From positions 438,437-502,436 of the forward strand of contig JAGVWE010000002.1 of NCBI GenBank assembly GCA_018304425.1: a DNA stretch of 64,000 nt. The letters are read 5' to 3'. Made by a program: the position numbers and the translations under genes. The DNA comes from Candidatus Iainarchaeum sp. (GTDB lineage Archaea; Iainarchaeota; Iainarchaeia; Iainarchaeales; UBA10219). This document shows positions 19,487-28,448 of this stretch, piece by piece. Positions within the stretch are counted from its first letter, which is position 1; every line of letters begins with the position of its first letter. The notes under the pieces are model-generated. The model ran no database searches. It was not told the origin of the DNA and was given only the letters and a program-made list of their open reading frames with translations.

Positions 19487-20479
19487 CTATCCCTTTCCAG
19501 CCCATTCCAAGGCAACAGCGGCCAAGGCAAACACGGTTTCAAAGGCAAAAACCTGGTTCACGACCTGCTTCTCCGTCTGGGGGCCCCGGGCCAGCACCCA
19601 CTGCATCAAGCCATACGCCTTTGAATACCTTGCCCGCAGCCTTCCGTTCTTCAAGGGCACGCCCCACATGTTGGGTTTCCAGGCATAACCGTTCCGCGAA
19701 TACAAGAGGAAGTGAAGGAAGTAAGGCACCATGACTATCACGAGGGCCGCCTCCATTTTCCCGATGATGGCCGTGATGGCCAGGGCCGCACCAATAAAGA
19801 GCGTGCCCATGTTGCCCAAAAAGATCTTGGCCGGGAACCGGTTGAAGGGATAGAACGCCAGCAGCACGGCAATGAGCGGCAAGGCAAAGGCCAGTCCCAG
19901 CATCGAGCCCCGCAGCCAGGCCACGGCACCCAGCGCCAGCGCGGCAATCAAGCCGAGGCCGGTTTCCAGGCCGTTGTATGTGGAAAGGATGTTGACCGCG
20001 TTCGAGCAAAAAATGATGGCGCAGGGGACAAAGAACAGGTAATACGCCATGCCCAGGTCCAGGTTGCCGAAAAAGGGCAGGTAGATTAGGGCAGTCAATT
20101 CTGTTAAAGCCATCATGGGGATGCTGGCATACAATACCAGCAAGGGCTTCATGAACCGCCGCGGGATTTCCAGCAAGTCATCCACCAACCCCAATAGCGC
20201 GCACAAGGCCGTGGAAAGCAGGGCCGGCAAGAGCAAGCCCAGGTTGAGGCCATTCAAGCCCATGAAGCGGTCCACGAGGATGGCGGAAATCAACGCGAAC
20301 AGGAAGCCGGTCACCAACGCGATGCCACCAAAGGACGGCACCAACGGCTTGTTGGGCTTGTTCATGTCCGCGCGCAACAAGTGCTTGTGCTTGCGCAAGG
20401 CACGGATGAGCGCTGGCAGGAACGCGTAGGTGGGCAGGAACGCCAGCAAAAACATCCCCGCCAACGCAAGCAACAGCAT
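19487..20479 (-). CDS. aglH: UDP-GlcNAc:dolichyl-phosphate GlcNAc-1-phosphate transferase (AglH/Alg7/GPT-like, Glycos_transf_4 family)
   Basis: DMNKP...VPSFGG, GLVDD, CSNAVNIL..YNGLE, FNRFPAKIFLGN motifs; about 10 TM. Confidence 0.85.
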   Translation of the reverse strand: MLLLALAGMFLLAFLPTYAFLPALIRALRKHKHLLRADMNKPNKPLVPSFGGIALVTGFLFALISAILVDRFMGLNGLNLGLLLPALLSTALCALLGLVDDLLEIPRRFMKPLLVLYASIPMMALTELTALIYLPFFGNLDLGMAYYLFFVPCAIIFCSNAVNILSTYNGLETGLGLIAALALGAVAWLRGSMLGLAFALPLIAVLLAFYPFNRFPAKIFLGNMGTLFIGAALAITAIIGKMEAALVIVMVPYFLHFLLYSRNGYAWKPNMWGVPLKNGRLRARYSKAYGLMQWVLARGPQTEKQVVNQVFAFETVFALAAVALEWAGKG

Positions 20480-20504
20480 GGCTTAATTGAATCCAAAAGC
20501 CTGT

Positions 20505-21353
20505 TTAAGGTTTACTGCTGGTCACGGGCTCCCATTTAAGCGTGCCTGTTCGGTGCCTGAAGAACGCCAGTCCCCAGGCAAGGACGTCCAAAACCAGGTA
20601 AGGCAAGGCATAAGGGCTCTTGAACAACCAGCCCAGGTTGGCGGGCTGCCGCACATAGGCCAGGTCCATGCCCTGCTCGTGGACCTGCAACTGCCCCACC
20701 CGCACCCGCACCTTTTGCCGCAGGTAGTCGGAAAGGCTTTGAGCGGCCTTGACGTATACCATGGCGTCACTACGGAAAACAACCCGGTAACCCCGTTCCC
20801 TGATTTTCCAGCCCAGCATCCAGTCCTCCACCAAACAATCCAGGGGAAGCCGGTCCACGATGCCGTTCCGCACCGCGCTCAAATACCCGTTCAAGGCAAA
20901 CAGGGTTCCATCCCTTGACTGACGTTCCCGCAACTCATTGAATGACTGCCAGGCAAAGCCCTGCAGCCCATCCCAAAAACTTTTCCGGCAAAGGGACTCG
21001 GTTCTTCCAATCACGGCTCCAATATCCCGTTCCTTGAATGGCTCCAACAGTTTTTCCAGGGCATTCCTTTCAAGCACGACATCCGCGTCCGTCAAGACAA
21101 TGAACGAGCCGTTCGCCGTGGCAAGGATTTTGTTCAAGGCCGCGGCCTTTCCATTCCGCTGCGCCTCCACTTCAAGCCTGACCCGGGCATCCCGCGCCGC
21201 GAAACTCCGCGCCACTTCAACCGTGTTGTCCGTGCAACCGCTCGCCACTAGTACAAGTTCATCGTCCGGTGCCAGCTGGGGCAATACGCTGGCCAGGTTC
21301 TTCGCCAGGCTTTTCCCCTCATTGAAGGCGCAGATCCCCACGGTTACACGCAT
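20505..21353 (-). CDS. Glycosyltransferase family 2 (cellulose synthase-like motifs)
   Basis: ICAFNE, ASGCTDNT, GKAAALN, TDAD, VED, QKVRVRVG (QxxRW-like). Confidence 0.88.
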   Translation of the reverse strand: MRVTVGICAFNEGKSLAKNLASVLPQLAPDDELVLVASGCTDNTVEVARSFAARDARVRLEVEAQRNGKAAALNKILATANGSFIVLTDADVVLERNALEKLLEPFKERDIGAVIGRTESLCRKSFWDGLQGFAWQSFNELRERQSRDGTLFALNGYLSAVRNGIVDRLPLDCLVEDWMLGWKIRERGYRVVFRSDAMVYVKAAQSLSDYLRQKVRVRVGQLQVHEQGMDLAYVRQPANLGWLFKSPYALPYLVLDVLAWGLAFFRHRTGTLKWEPVTSSKP

Positions 21354-22595
21354 TCAGCCGCCCTTCTGCTCGATGAGGTCGAGTTTCGCCCGAACCTCGT
21401 TCAACTCGGTGTTAAGTTCCGCGTTCCGCAGGTCATAGGTCTGCTTGGAAACGACGTTCTTCGCGTAAAAGTCTTCCTGCAGTTTTTTCTTCAACAACAA
21501 CAATTGCTGCTTTTTGCCGCGCAGGCCGGTTCTCCCCAGGAAAAACCGTATCTCCTTCACCGTAAGCAGGAGGATGTAGAAGATGAACAAGAGGGGGAAA
21601 AAATAGAAGACCGCGTTTTCCTTCACTACGTGCATCCAGTACCCTGAGGGCTTGAGGTTCAACCGCTTTTGCCCACTGTTTCCAGCCGCGTCCTTGGCCT
21701 CCACCCGTATCTCTACCAGTTCTTCCTCCGAAACCTCGGGAACGAACCGCGCCGAATAAATGCCCAGCCCCTCTCCCTTGAGGGAAAGCAACTGGTAATT
21801 GGCCGTGACGACGACCGAGGCATTGGTCACCGTGCCGCCATCCGGGTACGACAACTTGAGCTTGAGGCTGATGGCCTTGCCCACCTCGAATTCCTCCACT
21901 CTTGGCTCCAGCACGTCGACGAGGAGCGGCGTTTCCACTACTTCGAGGTCCACGGAGTTCTCGCCCCCGATTTCCTCGGGCATCGACTCGCGGATGGCCG
22001 TGACCTTCAGGTTCCAGCGCCCTGCCCTGGCCGCCGGCGGGATCTTGTAGGTCGTGGAATAGGTGCCATCTCCATTGTTGTTGAGCCGGATCTTCGCGCC
22101 CGCTGCATCCCAGGCATGCACGATTCCGTCAGTAACGGCCTTGCCGGCATCCGTGACCCGCACCGCCATGCCAACCGAGGAAGTCCTGGCATAGGCTCCC
22201 TGGCTCGGGCTCAAAAACGTCAGCACCAGGAACTCGGACTCACGCGTCGGGTTCACGATGACTTCCCTTCGCTCACTCGAGTTCAAATCGCTTACTTGCA
22301 CGTCCCAGCTGCCCTTGGGGTCCAGCATGCTCACCTGTCGCGTGAACCGGAAGGCATTCGAGTCCGGGTCCAGGGGGATTTTCCGTTCAAACACCTGTTT
22401 TTCCCCGGACGCCGCGGAAACCGTCACCAGGCCGGAAGCGGTTCCCGTAACCAGCATCTCCTCGCCCTTGTAGAAGCTGTTCTTGTTCAGGGAAAAGGTG
22501 AGGGCCTGCACGCTCCCAGCCAGTAACAATAGACATGCCCAGGCAAGCAAGACCTTAGATTCCCTTCGAAAGCCGTTCACACCGTTCCCCGCCAT
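21354..22595 (-). CDS. Membrane-anchored surface protein: Ig/MG2-like repeats, C-terminal TM and coiled-coil tail
   Basis: Signal peptide (SVQA-L), repeated G-x-W/Y-x-V strands, TM AVFYFFPLLFIFYILLL, tail LQEDFYAKNVVSKQTY. Confidence 0.75.
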   Translation of the reverse strand: MAGNGVNGFRRESKVLLAWACLLLLAGSVQALTFSLNKNSFYKGEEMLVTGTASGLVTVSAASGEKQVFERKIPLDPDSNAFRFTRQVSMLDPKGSWDVQVSDLNSSERREVIVNPTRESEFLVLTFLSPSQGAYARTSSVGMAVRVTDAGKAVTDGIVHAWDAAGAKIRLNNNGDGTYSTTYKIPPAARAGRWNLKVTAIRESMPEEIGGENSVDLEVVETPLLVDVLEPRVEEFEVGKAISLKLKLSYPDGGTVTNASVVVTANYQLLSLKGEGLGIYSARFVPEVSEEELVEIRVEAKDAAGNSGQKRLNLKPSGYWMHVVKENAVFYFFPLLFIFYILLLTVKEIRFFLGRTGLRGKKQQLLLLKKKLQEDFYAKNVVSKQTYDLRNAELNTELNEVRAKLDLIEQKGG

Positions 22596-22661
22596 CCGCT
22601 CACTAATAGGACAATTCTACAATAAAAGCTTTGTGAGGGCCTTAAAGCCGATTAGCGGCCG

Positions 22662-23033
22662 CTATTCCCGAGTAATGATTTCGAACACGATTTTGACGGC
22701 GATCGTCACCGCGGCCGGTGCAATCAGCAGGCCGAGGTTGATGAGCGTAACCCTCATGGCGAAGAAGGGGATTACGTCGATGCCGCCGGGAAAGGCCGTC
22801 AAGGCGGCCGTGGTCGAAAGCAATAGGGTCATGATGGCAACCAGGAAGTTGACGCGTTGCTCTTTCTTGATGGTGAACTGCCCCACCAGCAGGCCGAGCA
22901 CGACCATGCCCAGCGAAAGCCCGATGCGCACGTCCAAGTGCACGAAGGGGTTGATGAAACCGCTGGCCAAGGCCAACAGGATGCCAAACAAGAACGCGAG
23001 CCGGCTGAGGTTCAACAAGTCATCCCGGTTCAT
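22662..23033 (-). CDS. Small 4-TM membrane protein
   Basis: Real start probably ATG 23033 (MNRDD); VVLGLLVG...KE...FLVA and IAPAAVTIAVK; the upstream ORF extension is antisense to the next gene. Confidence 0.7.
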   Translation of the reverse strand: MNRDDLLNLSRLAFLFGILLALASGFINPFVHLDVRIGLSLGMVVLGLLVGQFTIKKEQRVNFLVAIMTLLLSTTAALTAFPGGIDVIPFFAMRVTLINLGLLIAPAAVTIAVKIVFEIITRE

Positions 23034-23082
23034 GGCAGTAATTGGGTGAAAACTATTATTTAAACCTATTCTCCCCTTTTGC

Positions 23083-23805
23083 ATGGGTTCTTCCATGGTT
23101 TCCCAGGAAATAACGCAGGCCGTCATCCTGGCCGCGGGCCTCGGCACCCGCATGCTTCCCCTCACCAAGGTCATGCCCAAGGCCTTGCTTCCCCTTGGAA
23201 TGAAACCCGCCATCCACTGGCTGGTCGAGGAATGCCTTTCTTCTGGTATCAAGGACCTCGTCATCGTGGTTTCCGCGCATTCCCCCGTCAAAGACTATTT
23301 CCTGAAAGACCAGTGGCTGTACGACCACTTGCGGGACAAGAAGAGCCGGGCGGAACTGCGGGCGCTCAGGCAACTCGACCACTTCAAGGGCATCCGCTTC
23401 GCCGTCCAGGAGCCCCTGCTTGGCGAGGCACATGCCTTGTCCAAGGCCCTGCCCCTCCTCCGCAGAGGGCCCTTCGCGGTGTTGTTCTGCGACAACCTCT
23501 TCAAGGCCAGGGTGCCAGCCACCCTCCAAGTCACCCGCCTCTTTCAACGGCACCGCATGCACGTCAAGTCCAATGGCCGCTACGCCTTCGACTATTCCAT
23601 TGCCGGCTTGCTCAAGGCCCTGCCCTTCCAGGAATTTTACCAGTCCTCCAAGCGAGGCATGGACCTGGCCTGGGTCTTTGACCAGCTCCAGGAAGGCAGC
23701 CAATTCATTGAAAAATTCGTTGCCGGCAAGCGATACAACATCGGCAACCCCAAGCAATACGCCAGGGCTTTCAGCGTCTTTTCCAGGGAAAGCCCCGGGC
23801 CATAA
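23083..23805 (+). CDS. GalU-like sugar-phosphate nucleotidyltransferase, internally shortened
   Basis: AVILAAGLGTRMLPLTKVMPKALLP signature, QEPLLGEAHA, GRY, YNIGNP; no EKP motif. Confidence 0.8.
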   Translation: MGSSMVSQEITQAVILAAGLGTRMLPLTKVMPKALLPLGMKPAIHWLVEECLSSGIKDLVIVVSAHSPVKDYFLKDQWLYDHLRDKKSRAELRALRQLDHFKGIRFAVQEPLLGEAHALSKALPLLRRGPFAVLFCDNLFKARVPATLQVTRLFQRHRMHVKSNGRYAFDYSIAGLLKALPFQEFYQSSKRGMDLAWVFDQLQEGSQFIEKFVAGKRYNIGNPKQYARAFSVFSRESPGP

Positions 23806-23847
23806 CCGCTTTATTTATATACAACCATTAATCTATTGGTGGTTGGC

Positions 23848-25227
23848 ATGACTTCGGATGCGCCCGTCAAATCCCTTTTCAAGGTCCCAAACCAGCCGCC
23901 CGGAAAAGGCGAGAACCGGAAGCCCGGCCTCTTTGAAAGCATTACCTCCCTGTTGAGTTCCAAGCAACCCGAGACCATTGCCGACCTCGAAAAAAAAGTC
24001 GAACCCGCCGAGGAAATCCAGCGCGCAGTCGAGGAAGCCAAGCAGGCCGCGGAACCCTCCAAGCCCCACAAGCCCTTGTTCGGCTTGGTGGGCACAGTCA
24101 TTCCAGAGAAAGTCGAATACGATTTGTTCACCGACGGCCCGTTCTCCGTGGACTACCCGGATTGGCCGAGGCTCAAGGAGCTTCCGGAGTCCTGCGTCGT
24201 GGCGGTGACCAACGGCGTTTTCACCATCGAACTCTCAGTCGAAGAAATGGAGCCCCTCACCTTTGCTACCTACATGAAGAAAATCATTTCAGGCGTGGAA
24301 GAACAGCTCAACGCCAAAATCCTGCAAAAAAGGGTGCTGCTGGATTCCGCCTACCTCGAATTCGTTCTCGTGCGGGACAACAAGCTGTGGCTCTACAAAG
24401 CCAAAATCGTTGAATGCAACCGGAGGTTTTACACGGTTTCCATCAACGGCCCCAAAAAAGAGTTTCCCGCCGTAAAACCAGTTGTGGACCACGTGCTTTC
24501 CTCGGTGATTGTTTACCGCTCCGGCAAGCCCGCCAACGTTCGCATCGAGGACATCCGTGACCTCAACGAAGCGGAACGCGAAAGCATTGAAGCCCAGATC
24601 AAGGAAGTGGAGACGGAACTCGCGGAAATGGAACTCCAGGGCGGCTACACCATTCAAGCCGAGGCCAAGGCCCTGAATGAACTCATCCCCATCGATGCCT
24701 CTCGGCTCCCGGCCAAAAAACCATTCAAGGGAAAAAATCCGCCAATCGTCTCCCCCAAGCCTGCGCCTTCCCCCCTTCCAGTGGCAAAACCAAAATCAAC
24801 CCCGGCCGAGAAACCAGTGACACGCAGCCAGGCCCTGGTCCAAGAACCCCCTCTAGCGGTTCCGGCTTCGCTTCCCCTCTATGAGTCCCCTGAAATGAAG
24901 CACTTGGAGGAAGAGCTTTCCACCCTTGAAAAGGAGCATGCCCAGCTCCCCCCCGAGGCTGCAACCGAGGCCCAAGCTGAGGCAAAGCCCGAACCCCCTT
25001 TGGCCAAGGTCCTTCCAGCCAAGGCCTTGAAAACCAAGGCATCCAAGCCCTTGCCTGTTGCGCCAGCCCAGCTTGCTTCGCCTGCTGCCCGAGCCCTGCC
25101 GCCCGCCCAACGGGAGAAACTTGAAAAAAAACTGGCCATGCTGGATGAGGCCCTGGAATTGGGTGTTATTTCTATGAAGTCTTACAAGGCCGGGCGCGCC
25201 GAAATCCTGGCCCTGTTGGCTCGCTAG
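23848..25227 (+). CDS. Protein with PsbP/Mog1-like domain, coiled coils, Pro/Ala-rich linker and SHOCT-like C-terminus
   Basis: FSVDYPDW start of a beta/alpha domain; low-complexity P/A/K region; LAMLDEALELGVISMKSY; TATA-like tttatttatat upstream. Confidence 0.65.
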   Translation: MTSDAPVKSLFKVPNQPPGKGENRKPGLFESITSLLSSKQPETIADLEKKVEPAEEIQRAVEEAKQAAEPSKPHKPLFGLVGTVIPEKVEYDLFTDGPFSVDYPDWPRLKELPESCVVAVTNGVFTIELSVEEMEPLTFATYMKKIISGVEEQLNAKILQKRVLLDSAYLEFVLVRDNKLWLYKAKIVECNRRFYTVSINGPKKEFPAVKPVVDHVLSSVIVYRSGKPANVRIEDIRDLNEAERESIEAQIKEVETELAEMELQGGYTIQAEAKALNELIPIDASRLPAKKPFKGKNPPIVSPKPAPSPLPVAKPKSTPAEKPVTRSQALVQEPPLAVPASLPLYESPEMKHLEEELSTLEKEHAQLPPEAATEAQAEAKPEPPLAKVLPAKALKTKASKPLPVAPAQLASPAARALPPAQREKLEKKLAMLDEALELGVISMKSYKAGRAEILALLAR

Positions 25228-25302
25228 CCGCCAAAAAACACAGATACCTTTATAAAAGGCAACAGTCATATCATAATAAGCATTTTTTGAGCAAGGGAAA
25301 GC

Positions 25303-25614
25303 ATGTCTGCAACCAAATTTTCTCTCGGGAAACAACACGACTTATTGCGGGACGCGCTCAAGGACGTGAACGCGGAACTGTCCAGGCTCCAAATGGAGCG
25401 CCGCGACCTCGAAGACGAAATCAGGCGCTTGACCAACACCATCAAGGAAACCCAGGAAGAAGAGTTGCACCTCAAGGACGGCATGCGGAAAATGGCCCTC
25501 AAGGAAAAAGCCGTCGGCATGAAGCGCGAGCAGCTCAACAAGAAAATCCTCAAACTCAAGCAGAAAATCGGCAAAGTGCAGGCTTTGGGCGCCAAGATGT
25601 CCGAAGTCGAATAA
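25303..25614 (+). CDS. Small coiled-coil protein
   Basis: Continuous heptad pattern; TATA-like ctttataaaag near 25248. Confidence 0.75.
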   Translation: MSATKFSLGKQHDLLRDALKDVNAELSRLQMERRDLEDEIRRLTNTIKETQEEELHLKDGMRKMALKEKAVGMKREQLNKKILKLKQKIGKVQALGAKMSEVE

Positions 25615-25645
25615 AGCCGCCACACCCGGTCATTCACGTTTTCCT

Positions 25646-27505
25646 TCACTCTCTTTTGCGCGTGAGCCCCCGGATTTTTTCCAGAATGCTTGCCTGCTTC
25701 AAGACGTTAAGCCTTGCCTCGGCCTGGTCCAGCTCCGCATTGAGTTTTTCCGTCAACTGCAGGTATTCCCGGTTCCCGATGAGCCGCTCATTGAAGTACT
25801 GTTCCTGCACCTTCTTCTTCGATTCCAGCAGGCTCTTCTTCTTCTTCTCTTCGAGCCGTATCCCGGCCAGGTTCATGGACCAATAGGCGGCGAACGCCAC
25901 TAAGACGAGGACCATTAACCCCAGGCCCCCGAACTGCAGCGGGTTTTTCGCAACCAAGTACAGGGGCGAATAGCTCGGCCTGATTTTCAAGGCCACCTCA
26001 CCACTGCCCATGTTGCCGTAAGCGTCCGTCACCGTGATTTTCGCTTCCAGCCCCTTCTCACCCTTCTTCGTAACAACCGTGGCATAGTGGTAAGCTCCAT
26101 CCGCTTCCAACTTCGCGCTTACCACCCTTGAACCGAAATCCAGCAGCACCGTGGCTTTTTCCACCGGCTTCTGGAAGGAATAATAGGCCTTGACCGTGAA
26201 CTCAATGCGTTCCCCCAAGTCGTAAATGGCCTTGCTCGGCGAAACGATTTCCACGGTTATCGGCAACCGGTTCACCACGAGGTTCTTCGTGGAGGAACCA
26301 CTGAATTGCACCGCATTCACGTCCTTCACGGCCCGCGCCGTGAACACCTGTTCGCCGACCGGGAAATCCAGTGGCAGCAGGTATTTCACGCCATAGTTGC
26401 CGGGCGAGAGCTCCAACGCCTTGACTGCCTTGTTCCCCGGCAGCAGCACCATTACTTCCGCCTTTTCCACCACGTCATTGTGGTGGTCGACTACCCGCAC
26501 AATGAAATTAACTTCATTGCCCCGGTCATAGGCACGGGCAGTGGGCTCAATGAACTCGGCCTTCAGGAAGCCAACCCCCAACTCCTCAAGCACCTGAACG
26601 CGTTTCTCCACGAGGCCCTGGTTATTGCTGGTGTCACTGGCCTTCAACGAAACCAGCCACTCCCCCACCGGGTCAATGAGGCTGGTCCTCCGCTCAAAGG
26701 AAAAGTTCCCCTCGTCATCCGGGTTCAGCGTGGTCGAAAACACCGGGTTCCCTTCATGGACTATTTCCAGTGTCACCGGGACCAACAGGGGCTGGCCCAA
26801 CCTGGCCAGGGAACCCTTGACCTGGATGGTGTCCCCCAAGGCATACACGGCTGCATCCAGGGACGCGGCCAGGTCCAGATAAGGTACGAGCCTTGCCGTG
26901 AACTCGGTTTCCCCCCGCACGGTGCGGACAAACGCTTCCACCTCCACGTTATAGGTGCCGGCCGCGGCGTTCGGCGGGATGACCGTGGAATTGCCGTACA
27001 CGCCATCATCGGCTAGCAGGTCATTGTGGTCTCCATCGTCGAAGAGGTTCACCACGCCGAGGAAATTCGGGCTCTTGGCTTTCACGTCGGCTCCCTTTGC
27101 CGGGTACAGGTCAGCCAACACCTTCGCCCTGATCACCATCTGCTCGCCGCGCAAAAAATTCTTGTCCTGGAAGTCAATCATGTCAACTGCCACGCTGCGC
27201 GGGAAGCAGTCATCGGGGCAGCTGGCATAGGCCTCGGTCTTCTCACAGATGCCGTTGCCACAGCAGCCCAGTTTCAGCGTTGGCACGCAGACCGAGCCAG
27301 GGGCACTGCCACTCGTGCAGTTATAGGTATAGCAGGCGTTTCCTCCATAGGTGCCGGTGCACTGCCCACAGTCATCCGCGCAGGTGCACTTGTTCTCGCC
27401 TTCCTCACACGAGTCGTTCCCACAGGTAGCTGCCTGTGCCATCCACACTGGCAGGGCCAGCAAGCAGGCAACGAAAAAAATCCGCGCGAACCTGCCCACA
27501 ACCAT
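25646..27505 (-). CDS. Membrane-anchored surface protein: Cys-rich N-terminus, choice-of-anchor-X-like motif, Ig/MG2-like repeats, TM and coiled-coil tail
   Basis: Signal peptide, CGNDSCEEGE..CADDC, LFDDGDHNDLLADDGVY, TM, tail VQEQYFNERLIGNREY. Confidence 0.8.
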   Translation of the reverse strand: MVVGRFARIFFVACLLALPVWMAQAATCGNDSCEEGENKCTCADDCGQCTGTYGGNACYTYNCTSGSAPGSVCVPTLKLGCCGNGICEKTEAYASCPDDCFPRSVAVDMIDFQDKNFLRGEQMVIRAKVLADLYPAKGADVKAKSPNFLGVVNLFDDGDHNDLLADDGVYGNSTVIPPNAAAGTYNVEVEAFVRTVRGETEFTARLVPYLDLAASLDAAVYALGDTIQVKGSLARLGQPLLVPVTLEIVHEGNPVFSTTLNPDDEGNFSFERRTSLIDPVGEWLVSLKASDTSNNQGLVEKRVQVLEELGVGFLKAEFIEPTARAYDRGNEVNFIVRVVDHHNDVVEKAEVMVLLPGNKAVKALELSPGNYGVKYLLPLDFPVGEQVFTARAVKDVNAVQFSGSSTKNLVVNRLPITVEIVSPSKAIYDLGERIEFTVKAYYSFQKPVEKATVLLDFGSRVVSAKLEADGAYHYATVVTKKGEKGLEAKITVTDAYGNMGSGEVALKIRPSYSPLYLVAKNPLQFGGLGLMVLVLVAFAAYWSMNLAGIRLEEKKKKSLLESKKKVQEQYFNERLIGNREYLQLTEKLNAELDQAEARLNVLKQASILEKIRGLTRKRE

Positions 27506-27533
27506 TTCATCCCAGCCATCACGCGCGGCTGGC

Positions 27534-28349
27534 TTATTTCCAGCCGGCGATTTCTTCCCTTACTTCCTTTGAAAGCTCAATCGACACGCCCTTGCCTGAA
27601 ACCAGTTTGAAGGGAACCAGTTGCTTGACGTGGTCACAGCACCGCATCTTTAGGATCTCCAGGCTGCGCTCGCGCCGGTTCCCAACCAGCTTGTTATACA
27701 ATACGATTACGCCATCCGACAGGAACTCCTCGATGCCGCTCCGCGAATAAACCCCGGGGTCGGAAGTCGTTTCACTGATGATGTAGTTCACGGAATCGTA
27801 TTTTTCCAGCATCTCGAACATGTACCGGATGTAGTAGCGGTAGTTTTCCACGTTGCCCATGAAGGCAACCGACAACGCCGAAAGCGAGTCAATGATGATT
27901 CGGTCCGGCGTGAACGGCAACTGGATTTCCTGCACCTCCACCAGCAAGTCCCCCTTCCGTTCGGCAAGAAAGGCTTCCACGCTCCGCGCAATCTTGAAGG
28001 GGTCGCTGCGGATGAGGGCGAACTTGTTCTCCTTTTCCAGCTTGTCCATGTCCCAATTGAAGTTCTCCAGCATGTGCTTGCGCAGTTTGGAGGCCTGCTC
28101 CTCGAAGGTTATGTAGACCGCACGCTCGCCTTCCAGGATGCTGTGGTACACCGAATCCATGCAGAACGTGCTCTTGCCGGCCCCGCAGCCGCCAGCCACC
28201 ATCAGGGTGGAACCGCGTTCAACGCCGCCCTTTTCCAGGAGCTTGTCAAAATTATCAATCCGCATGGGCAGCAACTCCTTCCGCGGCGTGATTTTTTCTT
28301 CGCCCTTGAACTTTATTCCGAACGGCATGCCATCCCCCGGCTTTGCCAA
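27534..28349 (-). CDS. Single-domain KaiC/RAD55-family ATPase
   Basis: Walker A GGCGAGKST, YITFEE, Walker B IIIDSLS, GIEEFLSDGVI, LEILKMR. Confidence 0.92.
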   Translation of the reverse strand: MAKPGDGMPFGIKFKGEEKITPRKELLPMRIDNFDKLLEKGGVERGSTLMVAGGCGAGKSTFCMDSVYHSILEGERAVYITFEEQASKLRKHMLENFNWDMDKLEKENKFALIRSDPFKIARSVEAFLAERKGDLLVEVQEIQLPFTPDRIIIDSLSALSVAFMGNVENYRYYIRYMFEMLEKYDSVNYIISETTSDPGVYSRSGIEEFLSDGVIVLYNKLVGNRRERSLEILKMRCCDHVKQLVPFKLVSGKGVSIELSKEVREEIAGWK

Positions 28350-28448
28350 TAATTAGGCCAATCCAGTATTTAATTCAAACGCTCCGGTTTTACCCCCTTG
28401 ATAGCCTTTTTATATTACCTCGCCCTACATACTTGCATGCCTGCCTGC

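Noticed and set aside
27534-28349. Circadian clock KaiC
   Set aside because: Single domain, EE in place of the ST phosphosites, no kaiA or kaiB; it belongs to the general archaeal KaiC/RAD55 family.
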